Part shown: positions 9,743 through 19,306 of the stretch, piece after piece | Layout of the letters: each line of letters begins with the position of its first letter | How positions within the stretch are numbered: the stretch's first letter is position 1 | DNA from: Candidatus Staskawiczbacteria bacterium | Lineage (GTDB): Bacteria > Patescibacteriota > Minisyncoccia > Minisyncoccales > Staskawiczbacteraceae | Direction: 5' to 3' | Assembly: GCA_943357015.1 (NCBI GenBank) | Contig: CALRFZ010000001.1 | Span: 1 to 52,776, forward strand | Length of the DNA stretch: 52,776 nt | Made by a program: the position numbers and the translations under genes | The notes under the pieces: generated by a model | Told to the model about the DNA's origin: nothing | The model's input: the letters and a program-made list of their open reading frames with translations, nothing else | Database searches by the model: none

Positions 9743-11260
9743 ATGTTAAAATATTTTTTTACAATCGCGCAACAAGAAATAAAAAAGCCGACATGGTATT
9801 CGGTTTTATTTTTGGCTTACATATTTTGCGTGATTAGTTTTTTCGATAAAGCTTTGGCAGTCGGGCTTTTACTGCTTTTGTTTTTATCTATGACAACAGT
9901 TTTTTTTATGCAAAAATCTGGCATAGCCGATAAGGAAATATATGTAATTTTTGTGTTGGCAATTACAGTTCACCTTCTTGCTGTTTTATTTATTTATTAT
10001 TTTAATTTTCGGCCATTTGGTGGCGGGTCAGATGCTGATGGTTACAATCAAATTGCTATTGAGCTTGCTAAGAGATTTAGTCGCGGTAGTTTTTATTTGA
10101 CGGGGCTATATACTGACCATTTTTGGCCGATTTTAGTTGGTATTTTATATATGTTTACCCTTCCCAGCGCAATTGTTGGCCTGCTTTTTACGGTGTGGCT
10201 AGCTGGATTGTCGGTGATATATATCTACTTGTTGATTTTAGAAATTGGGGGAACCAAAAAAACCGCTTTTTTAACCAACCTTATCGTAATATTGTACCCA
10301 AGTTATTTATATTTTGGCAGTACATTGTTAAAAGATACAGTAGTTACTCCATTAGTGATTTTGGGATTACTGCTTGTCGTAAAAATGTTAAAGCATTTTT
10401 CTTGGTTTAACTTTTTTTTGTTTTTTGCTATTTTAACTGGCTTAATTAATTTGCGTTTTTATGTTGGGTACGCCCTAATGTTTAGCTTTATTTTGTGTTG
10501 GCCTTTACTTTCTGCGCTTGATTTAAAGAAAAAAATGATTTATTGGTTGATGATTATATTTTTGCTGGGATTTTCGTCCTTGATTGTGGGTAACGGTTAT
10601 TATGGTTTTAATAGTTTTGCAAAAATGTTAAATTTTAAAACCATTACTTATTACAGGGAAGTTGTATACAGTGCTAATTCGCCCTTAATGCAACCCCAGC
10701 CGAGTGTCGCTCAAACAATTGTCGTTAATTCAAACACACCTAAGTCAAACGCATCTAAGTCAAATATATCTAAGCCTAATACTTCCTTGCCACAACCCCA
10801 AAGCCCAGCAGTTGTTGATACGGGTTCAACCTTTATCCTTGAAACTGGATTTAGTAAGGGGCCTGTAGTATTTTTAATAAACTCCGCCAAATCCTTTATT
10901 TATAGTTTATTGGGGCCATTACCTTGGCAATTTACTTATAAAAGGCAGATTGTTGCTTTGATTGAAACTATTCCTTGGTATGTATGGATAATCGCCTTTC
11001 TATATAATAGCGCTATATTTGTTAAAAAAAGTGGCATAAAGAAATTTTTACAATACTTTAAATTTAGTCTTCCCTTGTTGTGTTTTAGTGTTTTGGCATT
11101 AGGTGCCCTTGCTTTATTTATTAATAATTATGGAATTATTGCTAGAATTAGAATTCCGATGTTTATTTGTTTTGTATCGGTAATGTCGATTATGTTTAAT
11201 AATCAAGCAGAAGTTTATAGTTATAAATTAAAGGCGTTGATTAATAAGTTTATTTTATGA
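9743..11260 (+). CDS. Polytopic membrane protein (possible GT-C transferase or glycan polymerase)
   Basis: 505 aa with many hydrophobic segments and an S/N/P/K-rich low-complexity loop encoded by 3 imperfect 15-nt repeats. Sits in the glycan locus. The function is inferred from context only. Confidence 0.65.
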   Translation: MLKYFFTIAQQEIKKPTWYSVLFLAYIFCVISFFDKALAVGLLLLLFLSMTTVFFMQKSGIADKEIYVIFVLAITVHLLAVLFIYYFNFRPFGGGSDADGYNQIAIELAKRFSRGSFYLTGLYTDHFWPILVGILYMFTLPSAIVGLLFTVWLAGLSVIYIYLLILEIGGTKKTAFLTNLIVILYPSYLYFGSTLLKDTVVTPLVILGLLLVVKMLKHFSWFNFFLFFAILTGLINLRFYVGYALMFSFILCWPLLSALDLKKKMIYWLMIIFLLGFSSLIVGNGYYGFNSFAKMLNFKTITYYREVVYSANSPLMQPQPSVAQTIVVNSNTPKSNASKSNISKPNTSLPQPQSPAVVDTGSTFILETGFSKGPVVFLINSAKSFIYSLLGPLPWQFTYKRQIVALIETIPWYVWIIAFLYNSAIFVKKSGIKKFLQYFKFSLPLLCFSVLALGALALFINNYGIIARIRIPMFICFVSVMSIMFNNQAEVYSYKLKALINKFIL

Positions 11261-12168
11261 AAAAATATTTAATAATTGGTGGAGCAGGTTTTATTGGGTC
11301 TTGCTTATCAAAGACACTTTTAGATTTGGGTAATAATGTGATAGTTATTGATGGTTTGCCACCCAAAGAGCCTGATTTAAAAATTAAATACTATCAAGTA
11401 AATATTAAAGATTCAGAAAAGGTACAGGAAGTTTTTGAAAAAGAAAAACCAAATATGGTTTATTATTTAGCTGGACCAATTAATTTAAGAAAACCAATTG
11501 ATGATCCACTTTTTTTAAAAGAAATGGATTTTTTAACAGGTATTAAAATTACTTTAGATACTTGTAAAAACTTTAATGTTGAAAAATTAATTTTTGTTTC
11601 CAGTGGTGGAGCAATTTATCAAGATGCAAAGTTGGTACCAACCAAAGAAGAGTATTTGGCACATCCAACAACTTTGTATGGCTTGGCAAATTTAGCGATA
11701 GAAAAATATATTTTGTCATACGCAAAAATCAATAGAATTAATGCTGTGATAGCTCGCTTGGCTAATGTTTATGGGCCGGCTCAGTGGAAGAGTGGGTTTA
11801 TTCCAGCGATGATTTTAAAAATGTTAAACAGGGAAAGTCCAATAATTAATGATACTGGTCGTCAAACCAGAGATTTTATTTATATTAATGATGCGGTTTT
11901 GGCGCTGGTTGCCTTAGAGAAAAAAAATAAAAGTGAAGTGTATAATATTGGTGGTGGAAAGGAAATAAGTTTAAATAAAGTTTTTAGTCTAATAAATAAA
12001 CTGCTTGGCGTCAAAATTAAGCCTACTTATCAAAAGTTAAGTAATTTAGAAACTAAGCGTAGTTTTCTGGATATAAAAAAAATTAAAAAAGAATTTGGCT
12101 GGACGCCAAAAACAGATATAGAATCTGGACTTTTAAAAACCATTGCTTTTATGAAACATAAAACATGA
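11257..12168 (+). CDS. NAD-dependent sugar epimerase/dehydratase (SDR)
   Basis: YLIIGGAGFIGSCL Rossmann motif and YGLANLAIEK (Y..K). Confidence 0.85.
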   Translation: MKKYLIIGGAGFIGSCLSKTLLDLGNNVIVIDGLPPKEPDLKIKYYQVNIKDSEKVQEVFEKEKPNMVYYLAGPINLRKPIDDPLFLKEMDFLTGIKITLDTCKNFNVEKLIFVSSGGAIYQDAKLVPTKEEYLAHPTTLYGLANLAIEKYILSYAKINRINAVIARLANVYGPAQWKSGFIPAMILKMLNRESPIINDTGRQTRDFIYINDAVLALVALEKKNKSEVYNIGGGKEISLNKVFSLINKLLGVKIKPTYQKLSNLETKRSFLDIKKIKKEFGWTPKTDIESGLLKTIAFMKHKT

Positions 12169-12514
12169 AACTTGAAACATACCACGAAAAATTAAAAAAC
12201 AAGATGGATGAATTTGTGCATTCGGTATATAGGATTAGTAGAAATTTTCCAAGGGAAGAAATGTTTGGGGTTACATCGCAATTAAGAGAGCTACTTTATC
12301 AGTAATTTTAAATTATATAGAAGGCTATGCAAGATTAAGAAGCAAAGTCCATAAAAACTTTCTGGAAATATCATATGGTTCTCTAAAAGAAGCAAGATAT
12401 CTGTTAGATTTTTCTTTAACAGAAAAATATTTAGTGCAAAAGGAATATGATCAAATAATTAAAGTGGCTGATTAAATTGGGGCAATGTTATGGGGCACCA
12501 TGAAAAATGTGTAA
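12165..12514 (+). pseudogene. Degraded four-helix-bundle (23S rRNA IVS / S23-like, Avd-related) gene
   Basis: ATG at 12165 gives MKLETYHEKLKNKMDEFVHSVYRISRNFPREEMFGVTSQLRE, then the frame breaks near 12286-12290. The shifted frame continues ATLSVILNYIEGYARLRSKVHKNFLEISYGSLKEARYLLDFSL..., typical of this family. A TAA at 12473-12475 interrupts it, after which IGAMLWGTMKNV* still looks like the family C-terminus. Confidence 0.65.
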
Positions 12515-12544
12515 CATTGCTTCATGTTTTATGCTTCATGTTTT

Positions 12545-13675
12545 ATGAAAAAAATTTGTTTTGTGGTGGCGGTTGATATTACTTTAAAATTTTTATTAAT
12601 TTCTGAATTGAAATTTTTTAAAAACCAAGGGTACGATGTTTTTGTAGTTTGTTCGCCGGGAAAATGGCTACAAGATATTAAAAAAGAGGGGGTGGTGGTT
12701 AAAGAAATTATTATTAACAGAAAAATTTTTACCCCCATTTCAGATTTGATTTCGCTAATTAGATTATTTTTTTATTTTAAAAAAGAAAAATTTGACCTAG
12801 TTTTGACTTTTACTCCAAAGCCCGGTTTTTTAGGTCAGTTAGCGGCTAAAATGGCTAATGTGCCAATTATTATCAATACAATTTTTGGTTATTACTTTCA
12901 CGAAAATACACCGTTTTTAAAAAGAAAGTTTTTTATTTGGATTGAAAAACTATCGGCGAAATGTTCCAGTTTTATTTTCTTTAGAAACCAAGAAGATTTT
13001 AAAACTGCTCAAAAAGAAAATATTGTAAATCCAAATTTTGCCGAATATATAGGCGATGGAATTGGTCTTGAAAAATTTAATCCAACAAGATTTTCCCCTG
13101 ATTCCATTTTACAATTAAAAAAAAGTTTAGGAATTAATACTGACTATTTTGTAATTGGCATTGTTGCGCGACTTGTAAAAGAAAAGGGTTATATGGAATT
13201 ATTTGAAGCGTTTAAAAATGTTTTGACGCAATTTCCCAATACCTTGCTTTTGGTAGTAGGGCCGGCAGATCTGCAAAAAAAAGATAACATTAATCCCGCT
13301 AATATAAAACAAAAAAATATAATATTTTTGGGCGAAAGAACCAATGTAGACCAGTTATATTCTGTAATGGATATGTTTGTACTGCCGTCTTACCGTGAAG
13401 GTTTTCCACATAGTGTAATGGAGTCCTCAGCAATGGCTTTGCCGGTAGTTACCACTAATGTGCGTGGTTGTCGTGACGCGGTAGAAAATAATATAACTGG
13501 CATTATTGTTCCGCCAAAAAATTCTCAAGCCCTGCAAGAAGCCATAATTTATTTTTTAAAGCATCCTGATATTGCCAAATTAATGGGTCAGACCGGACGA
13601 AAAAAAGCCGAAAAGCAATTTGATAGAAATATCCTTTTACAAAAAATGGCAGAAAAAGTTAAAGAATTAATATGA
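12545..13675 (+). CDS. GT4 glycosyltransferase
   Basis: REGFPHSVMESSAMALPVVTTNVRGCRDAV. Start moved to ATG 12545 (MKKICFVVA); the track start at 12524 lies inside a 14-bp tandem duplication. Confidence 0.85.
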   Translation: MKKICFVVAVDITLKFLLISELKFFKNQGYDVFVVCSPGKWLQDIKKEGVVVKEIIINRKIFTPISDLISLIRLFFYFKKEKFDLVLTFTPKPGFLGQLAAKMANVPIIINTIFGYYFHENTPFLKRKFFIWIEKLSAKCSSFIFFRNQEDFKTAQKENIVNPNFAEYIGDGIGLEKFNPTRFSPDSILQLKKSLGINTDYFVIGIVARLVKEKGYMELFEAFKNVLTQFPNTLLLVVGPADLQKKDNINPANIKQKNIIFLGERTNVDQLYSVMDMFVLPSYREGFPHSVMESSAMALPVVTTNVRGCRDAVENNITGIIVPPKNSQALQEAIIYFLKHPDIAKLMGQTGRKKAEKQFDRNILLQKMAEKVKELI

Positions 13676-14253
13676 TTATTGAATTGGCAAAAAAAGAAGA
13701 TGCGCTAGCTATGGCTCAAATCCATAAGGTGGAAATTGCTCAGGGCTTTTTAAGTTCTTTAAGTTCGTCTTTTTTGCAAAGATTTTATTTGGCGTTAATA
13801 GAATCTGGTTATAGTTTTTGTATTGTTGCTAAAGAAAATAACGAAGTGGTTGGCTTTGCATCTGGAGCTATTGATATGAATAAATTTTATTTTTATTTTC
13901 TTTCGCATTATTTTTTTCAGTCTTTTTTTATTCTTTTACCCAAAATTTTTTCCTCTTTTAAAAAAATATTGGAGTCCTTGTTTTATCCGGTCAAACAAGA
14001 ATCTTTGCCCAGATCTGAGCTTTTGGTTATTGCTATTAAAAAAGAATTTCAAGGTCAGGGCGTTGGGGGATTAATACTAAAATCTTTTATTTTAGAGATG
14101 AAAAGTAAAAATATCACTGTTTTTAAGGTTGTCGTGGGCGAAGAATTAAAGTCTGCTATAAAATTTTACGAAAAAAACAATTTTGTTTTTGTAAAAAATA
14201 TTAATATTCATGGCAAGGCTCAATCACGAGTATATTGCTATAAAGCTATATGA
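13672..14253 (+). CDS. GNAT-family N-acetyltransferase
   Basis: IAIKKEFQGQGVGGLIL matches the acetyl-CoA-binding Q/R..G.G motif. Confidence 0.75.
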   Translation: MIIELAKKEDALAMAQIHKVEIAQGFLSSLSSSFLQRFYLALIESGYSFCIVAKENNEVVGFASGAIDMNKFYFYFLSHYFFQSFFILLPKIFSSFKKILESLFYPVKQESLPRSELLVIAIKKEFQGQGVGGLILKSFILEMKSKNITVFKVVVGEELKSAIKFYEKNNFVFVKNINIHGKAQSRVYCYKAI

Positions 14254-15179
14254 ACATAATATCTATTTTTTTAACATCGTTTTTATTAGGACTAGCTTTA
14301 ATTCCTATTTTGATTGTAATTTCTGAAAAAACTAATTTTTTGGTTGACGTGTCAGAAGGTGATGTCTTAAAGATTCATAAAAAAAATATTCCCCTATTGG
14401 GTGGATTGGCAATGATAGTGTCAATTATTTTTTGTGCAGTAATTTTCTTTCAGAAAAGTTTTGCATCAGAAATTATTGGAATTTTTACGGCACTATTGCC
14501 AATATTTTTTTTAGGGTTTTACGATGATTTAAAATGGAAGCACATTTCTGATACAAAGCCATTTCTGAAATTTGCCCTGCTTTTGATTTGCACTTTAGTT
14601 CCAGCAGTTATTTTGTCATACATCGGAATTAGTTTTAAATTTCTACCAATTTTTATTATTTCTACAATATTAAGTTTTGTTTATATTTTTGTTTGTATTA
14701 ATGCAGTAAATTACCAAGATGGTATGGATGGATTGGCAGGGGGATTGGCAGTAATTTCTTTAATGGGTTTTATTATTTTAAGTATTATTTTTAGCAATGT
14801 CCTTGCTCTATATATCGCGGTCTTGTTTTTAGGCGCCGTACTGGGATTTTTAGTTTTTAACTTTCCACCCGCTAAAATTTTTATGGGGGACTCTGGCGCT
14901 TATTCTTTGGGATTTGTTTTAGCGTTACTGGCGATGATTTTTTCTCTGCCTTTTAATTTATACAGCGTTTTGGCGCCAATATTTATTATTGGACTGCCGG
15001 TTTTTGATGGAGTCTATACTAATATTAGACGGTTAACTAAAGGTAAATCCATTTTTTTAGGCGATCGTAGTCATTTTTACGACAAGCTACTACAAAAGGG
15101 TTACTCTACCAAAAAAACCTTGGCAATTTGCTATGGGTTGCAGATTGTGCTAGTTTTGGTTGGATTGGCATTATATTAA
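14250..15179 (+). CDS. Polyprenyl-phosphate sugar-1-phosphate transferase (MraY/WecA family)
   Basis: NAVNYQDGMDGLAGG and FMGDSGAYSLGF motifs in a polytopic membrane protein. Confidence 0.85.
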   Translation: MNIISIFLTSFLLGLALIPILIVISEKTNFLVDVSEGDVLKIHKKNIPLLGGLAMIVSIIFCAVIFFQKSFASEIIGIFTALLPIFFLGFYDDLKWKHISDTKPFLKFALLLICTLVPAVILSYIGISFKFLPIFIISTILSFVYIFVCINAVNYQDGMDGLAGGLAVISLMGFIILSIIFSNVLALYIAVLFLGAVLGFLVFNFPPAKIFMGDSGAYSLGFVLALLAMIFSLPFNLYSVLAPIFIIGLPVFDGVYTNIRRLTKGKSIFLGDRSHFYDKLLQKGYSTKKTLAICYGLQIVLVLVGLALY

Positions 15180-15266
15180 TAATTACATTGACTATTTATT
15201 GTTTTATGATAATGTATTGATAGTGTTTAAGTTGTTTCTTTGACAAATTTTTTTGGAGATTTGTAT

Positions 15267-16169
15267 ATGAGCAATATTACTGCAAACCCATTTTATCGTC
15301 CCGCTTTTGCGCAGGTCCCAATGGAAGATGGTCTTGCCATCAATGATCCAGCCAAAATGTATGTGGTATCAGACGGGGTATCTGGACCGTACTGCCCCGC
15401 AATGCCAGGGATTCAGTACCCCAAAAAGGCTGAGAAAATCACTGGTGGCCAGATGGTGACCGAATGCATTTGTGATGCGGTGTCTCGCGCGATGCCATCA
15501 AGTTTAAGGGTAAGGTCTAGTATTATTGAGGTGTTGATTGGTGCCAATACTACTGTCTTGGCCAATCATATGGCAATGGGTCAGGATCCCGCCCTCAAGG
15601 CTGTCGCCGGTGCTTCGGTGTCAGGTTGCCAAATTCTTGAGGATGGGCGGGTGATGTTGGTTGAGATTGGGGACTGTTTTACCTTTTACAAAGACAGGAT
15701 AGGCTTTCACTTCCGGACCAATTTTGATCAAGCGGCGTTTGATTTTGAGCAACGTGGCAATGAAGCTTTTGATCAGTGTCTGAAAGAGGCTTGTGGTAAT
15801 AAGGGGGTGGCGTGGAATTTTTACTACCCTTATTTTGCTCAAAAGCAATTTGATCGCGCCAATCGTAATATGGGCAAACTTGGTCATGCGGTACTAAACG
15901 GTAATCCGCACTTTCTGCAGTGTATGTCAACTAAAATCATCGAACCTATGGATTTGGAATGGATTTTATTAGGAACCGATGGACTGTTGACTGCGGACTG
16001 CACCAATCCTAAAAACCGTGTTCAATTTGAACAAGATCTTGGTCAAATGTATTTGAAAGGAGGTCTACCGGCAATTATTGAGTGGCGAGATAAGGCAGAT
16101 TATCTCCCTCATATTTCTGGTTATCCAGAAGCCTCTGCCATTGAGATATTTTTTGACAAAACTTTTTAA
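15267..16169 (+). CDS. PP2C/SpoIIE-like phosphatase-domain protein (tentative), GC-richer singleton
   Basis: VVSDGVSG and LLGTDGLL resemble PP2C metal-binding motifs. Start set at ATG 15267, preceded by GGAG. GC is higher than the flanks, giving shadow ORFs on the minus strand. It has its own terminator. Confidence 0.55.
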   Translation: MSNITANPFYRPAFAQVPMEDGLAINDPAKMYVVSDGVSGPYCPAMPGIQYPKKAEKITGGQMVTECICDAVSRAMPSSLRVRSSIIEVLIGANTTVLANHMAMGQDPALKAVAGASVSGCQILEDGRVMLVEIGDCFTFYKDRIGFHFRTNFDQAAFDFEQRGNEAFDQCLKEACGNKGVAWNFYYPYFAQKQFDRANRNMGKLGHAVLNGNPHFLQCMSTKIIEPMDLEWILLGTDGLLTADCTNPKNRVQFEQDLGQMYLKGGLPAIIEWRDKADYLPHISGYPEASAIEIFFDKTF

Positions 16170-16177
16170 CAATCAAT

Positions 16178-16210
16178 GCTCGCAACCTTTTAAGGAAGCG
16201 AGCTTTTTTT
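16178..16210 (+). terminator. Intrinsic terminator
   Basis: gctcgc (16178-16183) pairs with gcgagc (16198-16203), with an inner cctt/aagg pairing, followed by T7. Confidence 0.7.
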
Positions 16211-16252
16211 ATTGATTAAACCTAAAAATCTGATAGTATTTAGTTAATAACT

Positions 16253-17386
16253 ATGCATAAAATTCCTCTATTTAAAATCCATACTGACCAGGCTGATATT
16301 GATGCGGTAACTTTGGTTATTAAAAGTGGGCGTAATTGGGCAATTGGGCCTGAAATTGAAGAGTTTGAAAAAGCTTTGGCTGATTATGTTGGTGCAAAAT
16401 ATTCCATGGTTTTTAACTCGGGAACCTCGGCTTTGCATGCATTGATGTTGGCATATGGTTTTGGGCCGGGTGATGAAATTATTGTCCCCTCATTTACTTT
16501 TATTGCTACTTCCAATGCTCCGTTGTTTGTGGGGGCCAAACCTGTGTTTGCTGAAATAGAAGAAAGTACTTTTGGCCTAGACCCTGCCGACATTGAAAGA
16601 AAGATTACTAAAAACACCAAAGCTATTATCGTTATTCATTATGCTGGCAATCCCTGCTTAATTGAACAGATAAAAATCATCGCCGACAAACATAAATTGA
16701 TATTAATAGAAGATGCTGCGGGGTCATTGGGATCTTCGGTCGGAAATAAAAAAATTGGTATGTTTGGTGATTCGGCTATGTTTAGTTTTTGTGGCCCTAA
16801 GGTTATTGCCACTGGAGAGGGCGGGGCAGTGGTAACCAATAATAAAGATATCTATGAAAAAATGAAATTAGTCAGGTCGCATGGCCGTCTAGAAACTGAA
16901 AACTATTTTTCTGCAACGGGTTATATGGACTATATTTGTTTGGGATACAATTTGCGAATGTCGAGTATGACAGCTGCGCTCGGTTTATCCCAGCTAAAAA
17001 AAATTAATACATTAATTGCTCTGCGCCAAAAAAATGCAGAGTATTTAAATAAAGAATTGTCGACCATTAAACAAATTAGTCTGCCGATGGCTAGGGAAAA
17101 TAATGTTAATATTTACCAGCTTTATACTATTTATGTAAAAGGCGGGCAAGCGCAACGAGACAATTTAAAAAAATATTTAAACGACAAAGGGGTTGCAGCA
17201 AAAATATATTTTGAGCCAATTCATATTACCAGTTTTTATCAAACCTTGGGACATAAAAAAGGGGATTTACCGCGCACTGAAAAAATATCTTCAGAAGTTT
17301 TAACTTTACCAATGTACCCTGATTTAACCAAAGAAGAAATGGATTATATAGTACAAGAAATTAATACTTTTTTTAAAAAATTATAA
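16253..17386 (+). CDS. DegT/DnrJ/EryC1/StrS-family PLP-dependent sugar aminotransferase
   Basis: Family-typical length and motifs across the whole protein (FNSGTSALHAL, IIVPSFTFIATSN, FSFCGPKVIATGEGGAV). Confidence 0.9.
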   Translation: MHKIPLFKIHTDQADIDAVTLVIKSGRNWAIGPEIEEFEKALADYVGAKYSMVFNSGTSALHALMLAYGFGPGDEIIVPSFTFIATSNAPLFVGAKPVFAEIEESTFGLDPADIERKITKNTKAIIVIHYAGNPCLIEQIKIIADKHKLILIEDAAGSLGSSVGNKKIGMFGDSAMFSFCGPKVIATGEGGAVVTNNKDIYEKMKLVRSHGRLETENYFSATGYMDYICLGYNLRMSSMTAALGLSQLKKINTLIALRQKNAEYLNKELSTIKQISLPMARENNVNIYQLYTIYVKGGQAQRDNLKKYLNDKGVAAKIYFEPIHITSFYQTLGHKKGDLPRTEKISSEVLTLPMYPDLTKEEMDYIVQEINTFFKKL

Positions 17387-19236
17387 TGTCGGATATATTT
17401 AAAAGAACCGCCAATAAAAGAATTATTTTTTTTGTCTTTGCGGATATATTTTTTATTGCTATTTCAATTTGGCTGGCTTTTTTGTTAAGGTTTGACGGTC
17501 AAATTCCGCCTCAATATAATCAATTTATTATTAAAACTATTGCATTGGCAGTTATTTTTGTGGTGCCGGTTTTTTATTTCCAAAAACTATACTCTTTTTC
17601 TTGGTCGTATGTAAGCGCGGGGGAATTGGTATCTTTGTTTAAAGCCACAACAATATCATTTATTTTTTTAAGTATTGCTATTTTTATTTCAAATGATTTT
17701 TTTCATTTTTTAAATTTTCCAAGATCCACAATTATTATAAGTTACGTGCTAGTATTTATTTTGACTAGCGCTTTGCGATTTTCAAAAAGAGTTTATTTTC
17801 ATGCCTCTGAATTTAAAAAAATATCTGGCAAAGAAAGAACATTAATTGTTGGGGCGGGGGATGCTGGTGAGCAAATTTTAAGAAATATTTTATCGTCTAA
17901 ATCTCATAATTATTTTCCAGTTGGATTTGTTGATGATAATCCAATTAAAAAAGGAGTTAAAATTCATGGCTTGCATGTGTTAGGAAAAATTTTGGATATT
18001 CCCAGTATCGTGAAAAACGAACAGATAAAACAATTAATTATCGCCCTGCCATCCGCTAATTCCGCTACTATTAGACATGCCATTGAGCTTGGTAAGAGTT
18101 CGGGTGTGAGAAAAATTAAAATTGCTCCGCCATTAAATGAAATTATGCGTGGCGAAGTTTCTTTAAAAAACTTAAAAGACGTAGAAGTAGAGGATCTATT
18201 GGGGCGTGATGCCGTGGCATTGGATAGAAGGCAAATTGAAAGTTTTATAAAAAATAATGTAGTTTTAATTACAGGATCTGCCGGATCAATTGGGTCGGAA
18301 CTTTCAAGGCAGGTGGCGGGCTTTAAGCCTTCATTATTAATCTTGCTGGATCAGGATGAAACAGGTATTTTTTATATTTCCAATGAATTAAAGAATAAAT
18401 TTTCAAATTTAAATATTAAATCTCTGGTGGTTGATATACGCGATCAGGAAAAAATTAATGATATCTTTAAAAACTTTACTCCAAAAATTGTTTTGCACGC
18501 AGCTGCTTATAAACATGTGCCATTAATGGAAGACCAGCCAGACGAAGCAATAAAAAATAATATTTTTGGCACAGAGGTGTTGGTTAAGGCTTGCGTTGAT
18601 AATCAAGTAGAAAAATTTATTTTTATCTCCACTGATAAGGCGGTAAATCCAACTTCGGTTATGGGGAGCACTAAAAGATTTAGTGAGATGATTTGCCAAG
18701 CTTATAATCAAAAAAATATTACTAAATTTATTTCTGTTAGATTTGGTAATGTGCTTAATAGTCGCGGGAGTGTCATTCCAATTTTTAAAGAACAAATCAG
18801 AAAGGGTGGTCCAGTCGAGGTTACACACCCAGATATGAAGCGATATTTTATGTTAACTTCAGAAGCTTGTCTTTTAGTTTTGCAGTCAGGGTCTATGGGT
18901 CAAGGCGGAGAGGTGTTTGTTTTGGATATGGGTCAGCCCATTAAAATTTTGGATTTGGCTAAGGAAATGATACGATTATCTGGATTTGAACCAAATAAAG
19001 ATATTGCCATTATTTTTACTGGTGCAAGACCAGGTGAAAAATTATTTGAGGAAATTCTGACTGCTCAAGAGGGTATATTGAGTACTAAAAATAAAAAAAT
19101 TTTTATTGCTAAAATGGTAAGTGTTAACCCTGTAGAAATAGAACAAAAATTGGACGTTTTAAAGAATATGACTTATAACAAAGATAAAAGTAAATTAGTA
19201 GAAATTTTAAAAAGTATTATTAGTCCCATTGAGTAA
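17386..19236 (+). CDS. Membrane-anchored UDP-sugar 4,6-dehydratase (CapD/WbpM/PglF family)
   Basis: N-terminal TM helices, two Rossmann regions (LIVGAGDAGEQ and VLITGSAGSIGSEL), AAYKHVPLME and STDKAVNPTSVMG motifs. Confidence 0.9.
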   Translation: MSDIFKRTANKRIIFFVFADIFFIAISIWLAFLLRFDGQIPPQYNQFIIKTIALAVIFVVPVFYFQKLYSFSWSYVSAGELVSLFKATTISFIFLSIAIFISNDFFHFLNFPRSTIIISYVLVFILTSALRFSKRVYFHASEFKKISGKERTLIVGAGDAGEQILRNILSSKSHNYFPVGFVDDNPIKKGVKIHGLHVLGKILDIPSIVKNEQIKQLIIALPSANSATIRHAIELGKSSGVRKIKIAPPLNEIMRGEVSLKNLKDVEVEDLLGRDAVALDRRQIESFIKNNVVLITGSAGSIGSELSRQVAGFKPSLLILLDQDETGIFYISNELKNKFSNLNIKSLVVDIRDQEKINDIFKNFTPKIVLHAAAYKHVPLMEDQPDEAIKNNIFGTEVLVKACVDNQVEKFIFISTDKAVNPTSVMGSTKRFSEMICQAYNQKNITKFISVRFGNVLNSRGSVIPIFKEQIRKGGPVEVTHPDMKRYFMLTSEACLLVLQSGSMGQGGEVFVLDMGQPIKILDLAKEMIRLSGFEPNKDIAIIFTGARPGEKLFEEILTAQEGILSTKNKKIFIAKMVSVNPVEIEQKLDVLKNMTYNKDKSKLVEILKSIISPIE

Positions 19237-19306
19237 TAGAATTTATGTTACAATTTGTAATTTTGATTTTAAAATACCCAGATGGTCTATTGTTTAAATT
19301 TTAGAT

